Positions 42,760-55,204 of a DNA stretch of 64,000 nucleotides are shown here, piece by piece. Position numbers and translations under genes: made by a program. Origin of the DNA: Prasinococcaceae sp. CCMP 1430. Its lineage: Eukaryota > Plantae > Prasinodermophyta. Numbering within the stretch: the first letter of the stretch is position 1; each line of letters begins with the position of its first letter. Location of the stretch: assembly GCA_013416795.1 (NCBI GenBank), contig RQSC01000023.1, forward strand, positions 151,768 to 215,767, read 5' to 3'. The notes under the pieces are model-generated. The model saw only the letters and a list, made by a program, of their open reading frames with translations. It was not told the DNA's origin and searched no databases.

Positions 42760-43744
42760 CGCGTGCGCGCTCCCGCCCCACCCGCCCCGCCCCCGCGCGC
42801 GCGGTGCCGGCGTCGTTCGCCAGATTAAGGTTTCAGAAAGCCACTTAAAGGGTTTGCAATATTGGTCAAAATGCGTCCGATCTGGCGCACGCCGGCCGAT
42901 CCGCCATCAAAATGCACGCAAATGCCCCCCCCCCCCGCGGCTCGTCACCCTGTGCCAACGGAAACAGCAGTTGTTGGTGCTTTGTGCCGAGGAACGGCGT
43001 TGTTTTTGGTTTTGTTTCATTGATTTCCGTGCCGTTTCGACGTTCCGTGGATTCGGGCGCGCCCCGCGGCGTTTTTTGAACGGGGGCCGCCTGGGAGGGC
43101 GCGGGGGCGCGCGGGGGCCGCCCCACAGAGCGCGCGCCCGCGGGGGGAGGCCGCCTCGCCTCCCTCCCCGGGACGCGGCCCGCGGGAGGAGGGAAAGCAT
43201 GGCGGCGTGGCGGGGCACGAATGCGTACGAGGCGGCGCGGCCGGCGCCGGCGGCGGCGCTTCAAGGCGTTTGATGTGCGGATTTGGGGTATAGGGTTCAT
43301 CGGGATTTGCGTGCTTTGTGATATTAAACGCATGCGGGGGTCTGTGGATAGGGTTTGAAGCGGCCCGGTCGGAGGCGCGCTTTATCTGTGGGCCGGCGGC
43401 TGCGGCGTCGCGCCACACTCCTGCCCGAGGCGCGCGCGCGGCGCGGTGCGGCGCTGCCGGCGCGGCGAGTGGGGAGGCGGCGGGGGGGGGGAGGGGGGAA
43501 GGGGTCGCCACGAGCGTGCTCGCACACGCTCGCGTGCGTGGAGTGATCCATCTGTGAAACAAGGGGGAGGCCAGGGGCGGGGTGTGGTCCCACTGCGCCC
43601 GAGGGTGTGTGCCCAATCGCGCGCCAGCTGTGCACACGCGCAGCCGCCGCGCACAACGGGTGGTGGTGCGCAGCGTGCGGCCGCCGCGGGTGAGCGCGGG
43701 CTCTCCCCCCCGTGGCCCCAGCGGGCCAGACGGCAGCGGGCGTC

Positions 43745-46700
43745 ATGGGGGGCGTCAAACGCAACGCTGAGGACGCGGGTGTGAGCAGCCCTCGCCGCGG
43801 CAGCGATGCGTCCCCTCGCGGCCGCCCGCGACGCGGCGAGAGTGCGATCGACAGGGATACTGTCAAGGCGCGCGAGGAGGCGAAGAAGGGGGGCACGCCC
43901 GCCAAGGGCGACATTGTGTGGGCCAAGACCAAGGGTTTCAAGCCCTGGCCGGTGCGTGGAGCGCACGGCTGCCGCTACGTGCGCGGCGTGGTGTGGTGCT
44001 GGGCATGCTTCCGCGGCGCTTTGGGGGTGCGCTGCGCCAGCAGGGGTGTGTGACCTAGCCGCGATGCACCCAGCGCTGACGCGCGCTTGCCGCGCGCTCG
44101 GCCCCTTGCCGTCTCGCCGTCGCGCGTCGCGCTCGCGCGCGGACCGCAGGCTCGGCTGCTAGATCCTAAGGAGCACGCCAAGGTCTCGGTGCCTGCTAAC
44201 AAAAAGCTCGTCCTGTACTTTGGCTCGAGGCAGTACGGGATATGCCGCCCGGAGGACGTGGTGCCCTGGGCAGAGCTCGCGTCCAAGGCGGAACAGAAGG
44301 GAAAGGAACGTGCCCTCGTCGCGGCGATCAAGGAGGCCCAGAAGAAGCTTTTGAAACAAAACGGCGCCGGGAGCGACAAAGGCGACGGCTCGGACGCTCC
44401 TGCCAAGCCGGCGAAGCCAGTGGAAGCGCGCGCGTCCCGGCGCGACCGTGCCAAGGAGCGCGATGCGAACGGCGCCAAGCGTGCCGAGCCGGCAGTGTCG
44501 GACAGTGAGGTGGGCGGTACCGAGCGCGAGCGCAAGTCGGCCCGCGAGCGCGCGGAGGAAGCGCAGCTCCTGGCAGCTCTCGCCATGAGTCGTAGGGACA
44601 CCGACAGTGCCAAGGGAGCGAGCGAGCCCGCGGACGGATCGGCGCCCGCGCGTCGCGCAGATGACGCCGGCGCAGCGGCTGCAGCAATCGAGCAGCCAAA
44701 GACGGCGCGCGAGGAGAGGCGCGCGGCGAAGGCAGAGAAGCTAACAGAGAAGCCGATGGAGAGGGCGGTGGAGAAGCTGCATAAAGCGGAGCAGAAGCCG
44801 CAGCCGGAGAAGCCAGGGGCGAAGCATGCGGGCAGCAGCGCTGCTGCTGAGGAAACAAACAACGGCGCCGTTGCCAAGGAGGGAAAGAACGAGGAGGAGC
44901 CCGAGAGTGGAACCGCAGGCAACGCCGAAGAGACGCCCAGCAAGAGGAGGCGCGGCGCATCAAACCTCAATCGCGAGCTGGCCTCAATCAAGAGCGCTGA
45001 GGCGCTGGCTGAGAAGACGGACGAGGGCAAGGACGTGGGGCGCCGCGTGGGCATCTGGTGGGTCGATGACGGCTGCTTCTACATGGGGCGCGTGCTGGAG
45101 CAGAAGCGCGGCCGCTCGCTTGTACTTTATGAGGACGACAATGTTGAGGAATGGCTTCACCTCGACCGTGAGGTCACCAAGTGGGAGGATGGGCAACCCG
45201 GGCCAGGGAAGCCCCTCGAGTTGAAGCCCAAGAAGGCCCATCCGACCGGATCGCCCAAGGTAACCGCGCGCCGCGACCGCTCTTCCAAGGGTGACAAGTC
45301 CACTCTCGGCGGCAAGGTAGATGCGGGCAAGAAGAGGCCGACCTCGCGGCGACCACGCGATGCCGCGACCGCCGCTGCCATAGAGGCTGCAGAAAAGGCC
45401 GAGGCGGCGTACGCGGCCTCGTCTCCGGAGGTCGGCAAGCCGGGCTGCCGCTGCTTGGCTGCGCTTGATGCGGTCGTTGCCACGCCTGTTTCGGCCAGCC
45501 TGATGGAGGCTCCTGGGGCCGGCGTGGACGGCCCCGGCGGCCTGAGCCAGGTGCGCGCAAAGCTCGCTGCGGGCGCATACTCGGACGAGGAGGTCTTCCA
45601 TGCCGACATGCTCCAGGTGGTTGGTGCAGCAATTGAGGACGCGGCGGCCGCTGCCGAGCAGGCCGCCCTCACCGCCGAGACTGCCAGGGAGGCTGCGAAG
45701 GACGCGGCTAACGCGGCTGGAGCTGCATCCGACGCCGCGGATGACGCTGCCAATTCGAAGATTGCCAAGCTCGCGGCGGAGGCGGTGGCTACCAAGGTTG
45801 CGGCTGAGCACGCCAGGATAAGACAGGAGGAGGTGCAGGCCCTGCGCGCCACGTACGAGGCCGTGTGGGACACAGCGGGAAAGGAGAGGGACGCGAAGTG
45901 GCAGGCAGCGAAGAATGCGCGCGCGGCTGCGGACGCTGCCGAAGCCGCCGCCGCCGCCGCCGCGGCAGCGATGGCCCCGGAGAAGAAGCGCCAGCGGGGG
46001 GGCGCCGCGAGGAAGGACGACAAGGAAGCTGACGCCATCGCTGCGCTGCTTGGTGCGGCCGGTCAGGTCACTGGAGAGGCCAACGCCAAGCACAACAGTC
46101 GGCGCAAGCAGCGCAAGCCAAAGCCCGCCGCCGACCGCGGCCCGGCGCCACCAGTTGGCGGTGTGCATGGCGATTGGGGCCACGACCCTGGCAGCGCTGC
46201 GATGAAGCAAGGCCTGAAGGGCCTGCTTTTCGAGCGACTCAAGCAGGAAAACGCGGTGGGTGACGGCCAGGACGCAGAGGAGGGCCCCCAGGAGCCGGAA
46301 GCGTCACCTGAGGAGCAAGAGGCGCCTGTGCAGCCCGCACAGGCACCGCGCGCGCAAGTCCAGCAGGAGACGGCACCGCACGTCCAGAGCGCGGACCAGC
46401 AGCAGCAGGCCGCCGCCGCGGGTGCTCCGCTCATGGCGTTCCTGCAACCCACACTGGCCAGCCTCGCGGGGGCGGCCGCTGGCGCGAGCGCGCAGTCGCT
46501 CATGCAGCTGCAGCAGGCGTTGTTGCAGCAGCAGGCGATGCTGCAGCAAACAGTGCTGGCCGTGCAGGCGCTCTGGCACGAGGTCCCTGATCCCTCGACC
46601 GGCCAGTCAGTCTGGGTGAACGTGGTCACCCGCGAGACATTGCCGCAGTCTCCGTTGCTGCAGCTGATTGCGCTGTTGCACGGTCTGCACGCCTCGGTCC

Positions 46701-47404
46701 TGCTCCCGCTGCAGATGCAGCGAGACGGCACCGCGGCTGGAGTCGCCGCAGCGCAGCAGGTGCAGGCGCATGCTGCCGTGCAGGCGCAAGCTCAGGCTCA
46801 GGAGCTCGCGCGTGCGCAGACGCAGGCACAGACGCATACAGGCGCACAGGTGCAGGCTGCGGCGCAAGCGCAGGCCCACGCCGCCGTGATGCAGGCGCAG
46901 GCCGCCTCGCACGCCAAGATGGAGGCACGCGTTCAGAGCCTTGCCAAGTCTCTCAGCCAGCAGGCGGCCGAGGTTGACGAGGCTCCGACAGCAGCCCAGC
47001 CCGCTGGCCCTCTCGTCGTCGAAGCGCACGAGGTGGCTCGGCCCGCTTCCGCTGGTGGAGAGGAGGGGGGCGCAGGTGCGAGCGCGGAGACGGCCGGAGG
47101 TGGGGATGGGGCCTCGGACGCGCTGCCAGCGGCCGCCGAGCCCGCAGCGACGGATGGGCGCCCGCAGGATGCGCCCCCTGCAGCCGCAGCTGCCGACGGC
47201 CAGGCCCCAATGGATGAGGGTGAGGATGGCGCTAAAGCCGAATGGCAAGGGCAGCGAGGAGAGGATCCGAGCGATAGGGAAGGGAAGAAGCCAGAGCGCG
47301 CCCAAGCCCAAGCCGCCGATGCATCGGCGGCGGCGGCGGCTAGGGGCGAGGCTGCAGATGCCGCGATGGCTGTTGACGCCGGTGGCCGCGACGAGGCCGC
47401 GTGA
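43745..47404 (+). CDS. Chromatin-reader protein: PWWP + Tudor + partial bromodomain-like + WW-like; exons 43745-43951 and 44150-47404
   Basis: PWWP GDIVWAKTKGFKPWP|ARLL..VLYFG spans a phase-0 intron; Tudor VGRRVGIWWVDDGCFYMGRV..VLYED..EEW. Confidence 0.85.
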
Positions 47405-47696
47405 GGGTCCGCCCGAATCAAACGTCGGTAGTGGCCTATTTTGCTACCATGTTGTCATGCGCACAATTTGGAGGTGGGCAGTTTGCGAGCCTCCGCCCAG
47501 TACACTGCGTAAGAGCACTGTTATCGGGGCGAAGGCACGACCGCCGCAGCGCCCGCGCGCGCCCTTGCGCGGACGCTGCGCCCGCCGCTCGACACGAATT
47601 TTTGGCTACCGAGTCACTGCTGCTCGCTACATAGGCAAAGAGTAGGAACTACTGGCTGGGGAGAGGGTGGCGGCGACACGCATCGCTGCGCACGGC

Positions 47697-48357
47697 CTAC
47701 AGGTCATACGAGATGGACCAAGTGTCCCTGAAGTTGGTGTTCAGGGTCCAGTTGTTCTCGCGGATCTGGCCGTACGGCTGCTTGTTGGCGAGATCGTACC
47801 CGAGCTGTAGGCGCAGGTCCTGGTCCTCGGTAAAGTTGAAGATCTTCTGCGAGAGCTCGAGCTTGGACTTCCACATGTGCGCCTTGCGACCCGGGGCGTA
47901 GGCATAGGCGGCCTGCGGTGCGCGCGCGGCGACGCCGGCGGTGGTCGTGCATGCGCTCGTCAGGTACGTTGCGTTGACCACCACCCCGCCCATCCGTCAC
48001 CTCCCACGCGCGCCGCGAGCAGCGGGGGCGCGCGCGCCGCGTCTGCTGAGCGCTCGCGCGGCGCACCTTGAGGTCCACGCTCAGGAGTCCATCCGAGCTC
48101 AGCTCGAACGTCTTGCGCGCGGACGCGCCGTACGAGAGTTGCTCGATGTCGCTCTCGTACTTGGCGCCCATGTCGACGCGCGTGTTGATCTCAGGGAAGA
48201 ACTTGCGGCGCAGCTTGGCCTTCCCCGAGAAGCGGCCGTCGTCGGTGGCGATCTTCCCCGACACCGTCAGCACCACGTTGTCGTCGGACACGAAGTTCTC
48301 CTTGGCGTGCAGGAAGAGCTTGCGCTGGGCGCTGTCGAAGCGCAGCGAGGTTTCCAT
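47697..48357 (-). CDS. OEP21: Chloroplast outer envelope pore protein 21; exons 48357-48067 and 47912-47697
   Basis: METSLR..L.LHAKE, KIFNFTEDQDLRL..GY, QIRENNWTLN, terminal YDL; canonical intron. Confidence 0.92.
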
Positions 48358-49644
48358 GGCGGCCGGACCCGTCCCCCCCCCGAGCTTGTGGCTCCCGCTC
48401 CCCGCACCAAGCAGCCAGTACTTCACGCCGCGCGCGCCGTGCGCGCCGTGCGCGCCTGTGGCGCCGATCCTCCCGCCCTCGCAACCCGGCCCAACCAATC
48501 GCCCCATCCCGCGCCCCTCCCGCGTGCACCCCCCTCCTCCTACACCCCTCCCCCCCACGCCTTCCCCCAGTCGGGTGGAGAGGGGGGGCGGGGCGCCTCG
48601 GCACCCCGCCTGCGAGGGCGCGCCCGCGCCCCGCCTGGCTGCTCGCCGGAGATACCCGACGCCGGATTGTAGATAACGGCTCGACGCCGCCGGACGGCCA
48701 ACATGCGCGGCCAACATGCGCATGCCAGCCAGGCTGCCAGCCAGCCAGCCCCCGCCGCCTCTGCTGCCGCCGGCCGCCGGGTGATTGGGAGGGGTCTGGG
48801 CCTGCGCCGGATGCGGCGTACCGTCGCGACGGGCGGGGCGCAGGCAGGTGTTTCCCCCGGGTACGGACGGTGTGGTGGGTGCTGGCTGGCTGGCTGGCTC
48901 GTCCGCCCTCGCGCGCGCCCGCGGCGACCGCCGACCGACGACGACCGACGACCCGCCGGAGCTGGATCCGGAGCTGGGCTCGGGACGGCGCTGCGCCGCG
49001 GGGGGGAGCGCGAATTTCCAGCGGTGCGAACTTTGTTCGTTCGGTCGTTTGGTTGGTTGGTTGTGTGTGTGGTGGGTTGGTTGTTTTTCGCATCCCGTTG
49101 TTTCCGGTTTCCGGTTCCGTTTCGATTTCCCTGTCGGATAGGCGATTTGGTTGGTTGGTTGGCGGGGCGGCGCGGGCGCGGCGGATTTCGCGGCGCGCCC
49201 GCCGCGTTTTCTGACGGAAGGCGAGCGGCGCGCGGCGCGCGCGTTGCGTTGCGTGTCGCGCGCGNCCGTCTGCGACACTGGCCGCGCGCCCTCGGCCGCA
49301 TCGCACCACAGCAGCAGGAGCTTGACGCCAGAGGGCACAGCGGCGGCTTGGGGTCCAGCCCCTGCCGCCCCCCCGGCCGCCGCCCCCGCCGCCGCCGCCG
49401 CCAGCCGCAGCAGGCAGGAGGGGGCGGCGTGCGCACGGCAGGGGGGGAAAGGCGCGGCGAGCGCGCTCCGGCGGGGAAAGGAGGCGCGTGAGACCTCCCT
49501 GGTGCTCCCCGCAGTGAGCCACCTCGCGGCGGCCGCCGGCGGGCGAGCGGCCAGTCCCAGCGCAACCGCTGCGACGGGCGGTGCGCGCGGCCGCGCGGTC
49601 CTGCCGGTGCGTCGAGCGGCGCCGCGGGGGCAGCGGAGGTGGCG

Positions 49645-52600
49645 ATGAAGCGCCAGCCGAGCAAGACGCTGGCCGATGCCGTGGCCGGCTATCAGAGCGA
49701 GGAGAGGCGCGAGGCCGCGGCGCTTGCCATGCTCGCCAGCGACGGCGGAGACGACGGCGGAGGCCAAGGCGGAGGCCAAGGCGGAGGCCAAGGCGGAGGC
49801 GGCGCGGGGGACGGCCGCGCGGGCGCGGCGCAGGGCGGCGGGGGCGGCACGGACGCCGTGCCAATAGCACAGTGGCGGCCGCGCAGGCGCTACAAGGACG
49901 CCTCAGGGACCTCGTGGAAGGTCAATGACCCGCGTGCATTGAAGCAAGTGTACGACAGCTGCACGCCTCCGCTCTCGCCGTCGGCGCACTACAAGGCGGG
50001 CGCCCCCAGAATGGACACCTCCAGGCCCCGCGGTGCGGCGAAGGAGGCGGCCTCTGGGGCTGCGAGCGTCAACCCTGCGGCGGTGGCGCAGCAAGGCAGG
50101 CAGCACTCGCTCCTTGCCGAGAGGCTCGCACAGGCCGAGGCCGGCGACGCGAGCGATGGTTTGGAAGGGGGACCCGAGCAGATGCTTGCACTCACGCGTC
50201 GCCTAAGCAAGGAGGTGCGCATCAGCGCAGAGGGTGCGCCCGAGGAGCCCATGGACACCACTGCCCTTGCTGGAGGACAGCTGTACGACGCCGCGGTGCG
50301 CGCGGCCGCGGAGGCCATAGAGCATGCGTCGAAAGGCCAGGGGCCTCGAGAGCAAGGGAAGGCGGCAGATGCTGGCGTTGGTGCAGGCGCGAGCGCGTCC
50401 GGGGGGGCGCCCTCCAGTGTGTTCGGCGCAGGGTACCACATCCCGCACGCGACGGCGCCAGACCCGAACGCGCGCCTGACGGTCAAGAGCGAGGTTCTGC
50501 CGAGCGGCATGCCGGCTGTGACCGGCCTCTCGCTGACAACAGAGGTGGAGACCCCCGCTTCTCCTTCGTTTCGACGCTCCGAGAATTCGGCCGGCGGCGC
50601 GTTCCAGACTGCGTCCACGTCCGCGTTCAGCGCACCAACTGCCGAACAGCTCCAGGAGGCGCTGCAACAGATGGAACAGCAGCAGCCTCCGACGGCGATG
50701 CCAACGGCCAGCGTGCTTCCGCAGCTTGACGTGGCTGACATTCGGGCCGCCATGGAGCGGCTCGTGCAGAGTCAGCACGCGTTCCTGGCAGCACACGCGC
50801 AGCCGTTGGAACTGCCGTGCGTGCGTGAGCCTGCGGACAGGAAGGGAAAGGCAAAGCTGTCACCCGAGATGCGACGCGTGACGAATGCTGGCGATGTCTT
50901 CGTGCCTGTGAGGCTCCCGGCGGGGGTGACGCTGGATGACCTGCGCGAGGCGATACGCAATATCGGCCAAGACCCGTCGAAGGTCTTCGGCGTCGGGCAG
51001 CCTGGCGAGCAGAACCCCGCGCCCGGGACGCGAAAGGCCCGCAGCACAGGTGGTGCCGCGGTAGGCGCTGAAACAGAGCCACAGCCCGGAGCTGGCAAGA
51101 GCCGCGGACGTGGCAGCCGAAGCGGCCGCCACCGCAGCCGAGGACATGGCGACGTCAGCCCTCGTGATGCTTTCGAGGCTCGCGTCGATGCCGACGGCAG
51201 CGGGCAGAAACAGGCGAGCGAGCCTGTGTTCAAGCCAGCTCGCAGGGCAGCCAAGCCGCAGCGTGAGACGACTGTGCCGGCGGGGACGCTACCAAAGTCG
51301 CAGGTGTCTGCCCCCGTCTCGGCAGACGTGCCCATCCCCGCTGATGTGCACGACGAATCCGAGGCCTTCGACATGGACGTTGGCGAAGACGAGCCCGATG
51401 AAGACGGGCCCGATGAGCTGCCGTTCGGGCTGTCGCCGGGAGGGATGCGCATTCTGCAGTACTCGCACGGGACGCGCCGCGCAGGTCGCCTTGCTGGGCA
51501 GCACGCGCGTGCCGCTGGCACGTCGCGGCCGGCTGCGCGTCGACGAGCGCCACCCGAGGGTCGCTCGGCCTACGCTCCAAGGGAAGGCGACGCGCACGTC
51601 GGGCTCGTGTACGACGACGCGATGCTGCTACACAAGGCACCAGTCGAGCACCACGAGTCTCCGGAGCGCTTGACGGCTGTCTTCGCGCGCCTGCACTCGG
51701 AGCAGCTCCTCCACCGCTGTGCGCGCATACGCAGCCGAGAGGCTTCAAATGCGGAGCTCCTGCGCGTCCACACTGCGGACCACATTGCGGAGATGGAGGG
51801 TGCATTCGACAAGGACGGGCCCGAGATCCAGGTGCCGCCTACCAAGCTCGGTGACATTTACTTCACGGCAGGCACCGTCAAGGCCGCCAGGATGGCAGCT
51901 GGCTGCACCATCGAGGCGTGCGAGCGTGTACTAAATGGTGACGTCGAGCGCGCGTTCGCCATCGTGCGCCCGCCGGGGCATCACGCTGAGTGCTGCCAGG
52001 CGATGGGCTTCTGTTTCTTCAACAACTGCGCTGCGGGTGCCGCTGCAGCTGTCGCCGCCGGCCACAAGCGCGTGCTCGTGTTCGATTGGGATGTACACCA
52101 CGGCAACGGGACGCAAGCGATCTTCGAGGAGGACCCGCGGGTGCTCTACATGAGCCTGCACCGCTTCACAGACGACGCTTCGTTCTTCCCTGGCACGGGT
52201 GATGCCGACGACGTAGGGGAGGGCGATGGGGAGGGCTTCAGTGTCAACGTTCCATGGCGCGATCGCGGCTTGGGGGCTGAGGATTACCAAGCGGCATTCG
52301 AGCACGTGCTCATGCCGATTGCCCGGGCATTCGCGCCCGAGCTTGTGCTGGTGAGCGCCGGCTTCGACGCCGCCATAGGTGACCCCATCGGCGGGATGAA
52401 ACTCTCACCTGCTGCGTACGCGCACATGACCAGCGAGTTGTTGGGGCTCGCCGACTCTAAAATGGTGGTGACTCTCGAGGGTGGTTACAGGCCCGACGCC
52501 GTGGCGCTGTGCGCGGAGGCCGTCGTTCGCTCGCTTCTCGGCGAAAAAGTCCCGCCCCCCAAGGTGAGGAAGCATTGCAAAGCGTCGACCGCAGATACGC

Positions 52601-52950
52601 TCGAACGCGTTGCTGAAGTGCAGCGGCAATATTGGCCCTGTCTTCGCGAGGCTGGAGCCAAGGAGCGCCTGCAAGAGTTTCTGGACCGCACGCGGCAACA
52701 GACGCAGAGCGACAGCAACAACTCCAATAGCGGCAGTGCCGACACGCGCGGCGTGAGCGTGCAGGCAAGCGTTGGCGACTCAACCGTGTCCTCGCGTCCT
52801 GGCACGATGCCCAAGCGCGGGGGTGGGCACGCACAGAGTGCCGTGGTGGCTCGAGGGGGTGGGCTCTCGCGTATGGGGCCCGTCGCCGACACGCCCTCCC
52901 CATGGGGTGCGAGGCGCGCTCGCTCTCAGCCTCCCAACATGGCCGCGTGA
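49645..52950 (+). CDS. Class II histone deacetylase (HDA1/HDA5/HDA15-like) with long disordered N-terminus
   Basis: Motifs HESPERL, RPPGHH, MGFCFFNN, DWDVHHGNGTQ, SAGFDA, LEGGY. Confidence 0.95.
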   Translation: MKRQPSKTLADAVAGYQSEERREAAALAMLASDGGDDGGGQGGGQGGGQGGGGAGDGRAGAAQGGGGGTDAVPIAQWRPRRRYKDASGTSWKVNDPRALKQVYDSCTPPLSPSAHYKAGAPRMDTSRPRGAAKEAASGAASVNPAAVAQQGRQHSLLAERLAQAEAGDASDGLEGGPEQMLALTRRLSKEVRISAEGAPEEPMDTTALAGGQLYDAAVRAAAEAIEHASKGQGPREQGKAADAGVGAGASASGGAPSSVFGAGYHIPHATAPDPNARLTVKSEVLPSGMPAVTGLSLTTEVETPASPSFRRSENSAGGAFQTASTSAFSAPTAEQLQEALQQMEQQQPPTAMPTASVLPQLDVADIRAAMERLVQSQHAFLAAHAQPLELPCVREPADRKGKAKLSPEMRRVTNAGDVFVPVRLPAGVTLDDLREAIRNIGQDPSKVFGVGQPGEQNPAPGTRKARSTGGAAVGAETEPQPGAGKSRGRGSRSGRHRSRGHGDVSPRDAFEARVDADGSGQKQASEPVFKPARRAAKPQRETTVPAGTLPKSQVSAPVSADVPIPADVHDESEAFDMDVGEDEPDEDGPDELPFGLSPGGMRILQYSHGTRRAGRLAGQHARAAGTSRPAARRRAPPEGRSAYAPREGDAHVGLVYDDAMLLHKAPVEHHESPERLTAVFARLHSEQLLHRCARIRSREASNAELLRVHTADHIAEMEGAFDKDGPEIQVPPTKLGDIYFTAGTVKAARMAAGCTIEACERVLNGDVERAFAIVRPPGHHAECCQAMGFCFFNNCAAGAAAAVAAGHKRVLVFDWDVHHGNGTQAIFEEDPRVLYMSLHRFTDDASFFPGTGDADDVGEGDGEGFSVNVPWRDRGLGAEDYQAAFEHVLMPIARAFAPELVLVSAGFDAAIGDPIGGMKLSPAAYAHMTSELLGLADSKMVVTLEGGYRPDAVALCAEAVVRSLLGEKVPPPKVRKHCKASTADTLERVAEVQRQYWPCLREAGAKERLQEFLDRTRQQTQSDSNNSNSGSADTRGVSVQASVGDSTVSSRPGTMPKRGGGHAQSAVVARGGGLSRMGPVADTPSPWGARRARSQPPNMAA

Positions 52951-53102
52951 GGCGCGCACGCACACTCATAATGCACGCGGTGACTTTCAAGTCACTTTTA
53001 TCGTCTCCTCTCTTCGACCCCGCGCTGATGCCAAGGGCGTGCGGTAAGAAAGGGCCTTGCCTTACACAACAAAAATGGCGCGGCAGTGTGTGGCGGCGGC
53101 GA

Positions 53103-55204
53103 TTAGGTGATGACAGTGGGCTCTTTCCTTCCGGTATTGGCCTCCATGTCCGACAGCCCCAGCGCGATGGTCACGAGCGTCTTCAGCGCGTCGGCCGTCT
53201 CCTGCGTGTGCTTGGAAGAATCGGAAACGTACTGCTCGATGTACAGGCGGATGGTGGCTCCGACGCTGCCAGTGCCGCTCAGCCTGAAGATGATGCGGCT
53301 GCCATCCTCGAACAGGAAGCGGATGCCCTGGTGCTGAGAAAAGGAGCCGTCCACAGGGTCCGTGTACTCGAACTCGTCGGCCGACTTGACCTGCATGACG
53401 TCGACCTTCCTTTGAAAAAATCTCCTCTTGTTTGCAGGGGCCTGCATCGCACCGATGGCCGCATTGAGCTTGCCGAGGTCTGCTTGCTGCGTGACGAGGT
53501 GCGCCATGACATGCTTCGCCTTGTCGCTGTCCACCTCTTCGTAGTCGTACCTGCAGTAAAAGTTGCGCCCGTACGTCTTCCAGTGCTCGCGCACGATTGT
53601 CTCCACACTCACCAGCGGCTCGGAAGCGTCTGGATTGCGGTGTGCGAGCACCGACAGCCATGCGAGCACCGCCCAGATGCCGTCCTTCTCGCGCACGTGA
53701 TCCGACCCCGTGCCAAACGACTCCTCGCCGCAGATGGAGCATTGGTCGCTGTCCATCAGGTTGCCGAAGAACTTCCAGCCTGTGGGCACCTCGAAGAATT
53801 TGATGGCCAGCTCCTCGGCCACGCGATCGAGCGCGCCGCTCGTTGGCATCGACCGCGCGACGCCCTTGAGGCCATCCTTGAAGTAGGGGATGGCGGCCTG
53901 CGCGTTGGCGGCGAGAACCGCCACTGAGTCCGAGGGGGTGACGAAAAAGCCCTTGCCGAGAATCATGTTGCGGTCCGCGTCGCCGTCGGCTGCCGCGCCG
54001 AAGTCCGGCGTGCTGTCGTCGACAGCGCCGCAGCCCATGCCCATCTTCTCAACGAGGTCCTTTGCGTAAGTGAGGTTGGGGTCCGGATGGCCGCCGCCGA
54101 AGTCCTGTTTGGGCTCGCAATTTTGTAGAACGCTGTCGTCAAGGCCGAGCTTGTCAACGAAAATAGCCTTCGCGAAGGGGCCCGCCACACCGTGCATGCC
54201 GTCGTACACCATGGTAAAGTCCTTGCGCTGCAAGAACGCGCGCAGCGCTTCAAAGTCGAAGATCCCCTCCATGAGCTCGACATACAGGGCGGCAGCATCG
54301 ATGACCACGAGGTTCCTGCCCCCGCCGATGCGCTTCAGGCCCGGCTTGGACAGATCGTACGTTACTTCGTTCTCGGCGATGCGGTACTGCTTGAGGGTTT
54401 TGGTGTGGTCAGTGATCTTGGCGGTCAGTGACTCGGGCGCGGGTGCACCGTTCCCACCGTTGTACTTGATGCCGAAGTCGTTCTCCGGGCCGCCCGGGTT
54501 GTGGCTGGCCGTGAGGATGAACGCGCCGAAAGGCAGGGCGCCTTCTGGCGATCTGAGGCGACGGACCACCGCTGACACTGCAGGCGTGCTCATTAGCCCG
54601 TCGACACCCACGATGACCTCCTTGACGCCGTTGGCGAGCGCGATGCGCACGATGACCTGGATGGCGTGCTTCATCCAGTAGCGGCCATCGCCCGAGACGA
54701 CGAGCGCGCCACCTGTGTACTCAATGCCCTCCTCGTCGAGCGCGTTGAAAGTCGCCTGCACGAAGTTCTCGAGGTAGTTCTTCTGCTGAAACACCTTCAC
54801 CTGCAGGCCAGCGCGACAGCGGGCGGCAGCGCGAGCGTGCGCGCGTGGACGCTCGCTCGGGTCAGCCCATGCTCACGGCAAGACGACAGCACGTGGCGCG
54901 GCAACCCCCGCGCAGGTCGACAAGGCGTCGGGTGGGGTGCGCATGCAGCGAAGGGAGCCCCAGTGAGGAGCGCAGGCCGTCGGCGCCGGTGCCGCGCCAG
55001 CACCGCGCCGGCAACCCTAGGCGTCGCCCTGCGAGGACCCCGCCGGCCATCCCGGCGCCTCCCGACCCCACCTGGGCCGCGCACCTTCTTCCGCAGGCCA
55101 CTCGTGCCGGGTTTCTGATCGTCGTACGCCACGGTCTGGCGCGTCACCATGACGGGCGCGGCCACGGCGGGCTCGGACGTCGGCGCACTGATGCAGCCCC
55201 CCAT
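53103..55204 (-). CDS. PGM: Phosphoglucomutase; exons 55204-55085 and 54800-53103
   Basis: Motifs QKPGTSGLRKK|VKVF, TASHNPGG, DGDADR, CGEESFG, RLSGTGS, terminal PTVIT; intron 54801-55084. Confidence 0.97.

Noticed and set aside
41735-43273. ORFs spanning N-gaps (41735-43273, 57945-59339, 58290-59672, 60777-63011 as single genes)
   Set aside because: Their continuity is an artefact of translating N; the two sides belong to different, divergently oriented genes.
48724-49160. (GCCA)n/(TGGC)n inverted pair, (GGTT)n tracts and the GGCCAACATGCGC duplication as a transposon or CRISPR array
   Set aside because: These are simple microsatellites with no target-site duplication, transposase or repeat-spacer periodicity.
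49749-49800. 12-nt tandem repeat GGCGGAGGCCAA
   Set aside because: It is a coding GGGQ repeat in the disordered HDAC N-terminus.
30113-52950. Functional cluster of nuclear/chromatin genes (SNAPC4, DBF4-like, PWWP, HDAC)
   Set aside because: They are interleaved with unrelated genes, such classes are common in compact genomes, and I see no shared regulatory signal.
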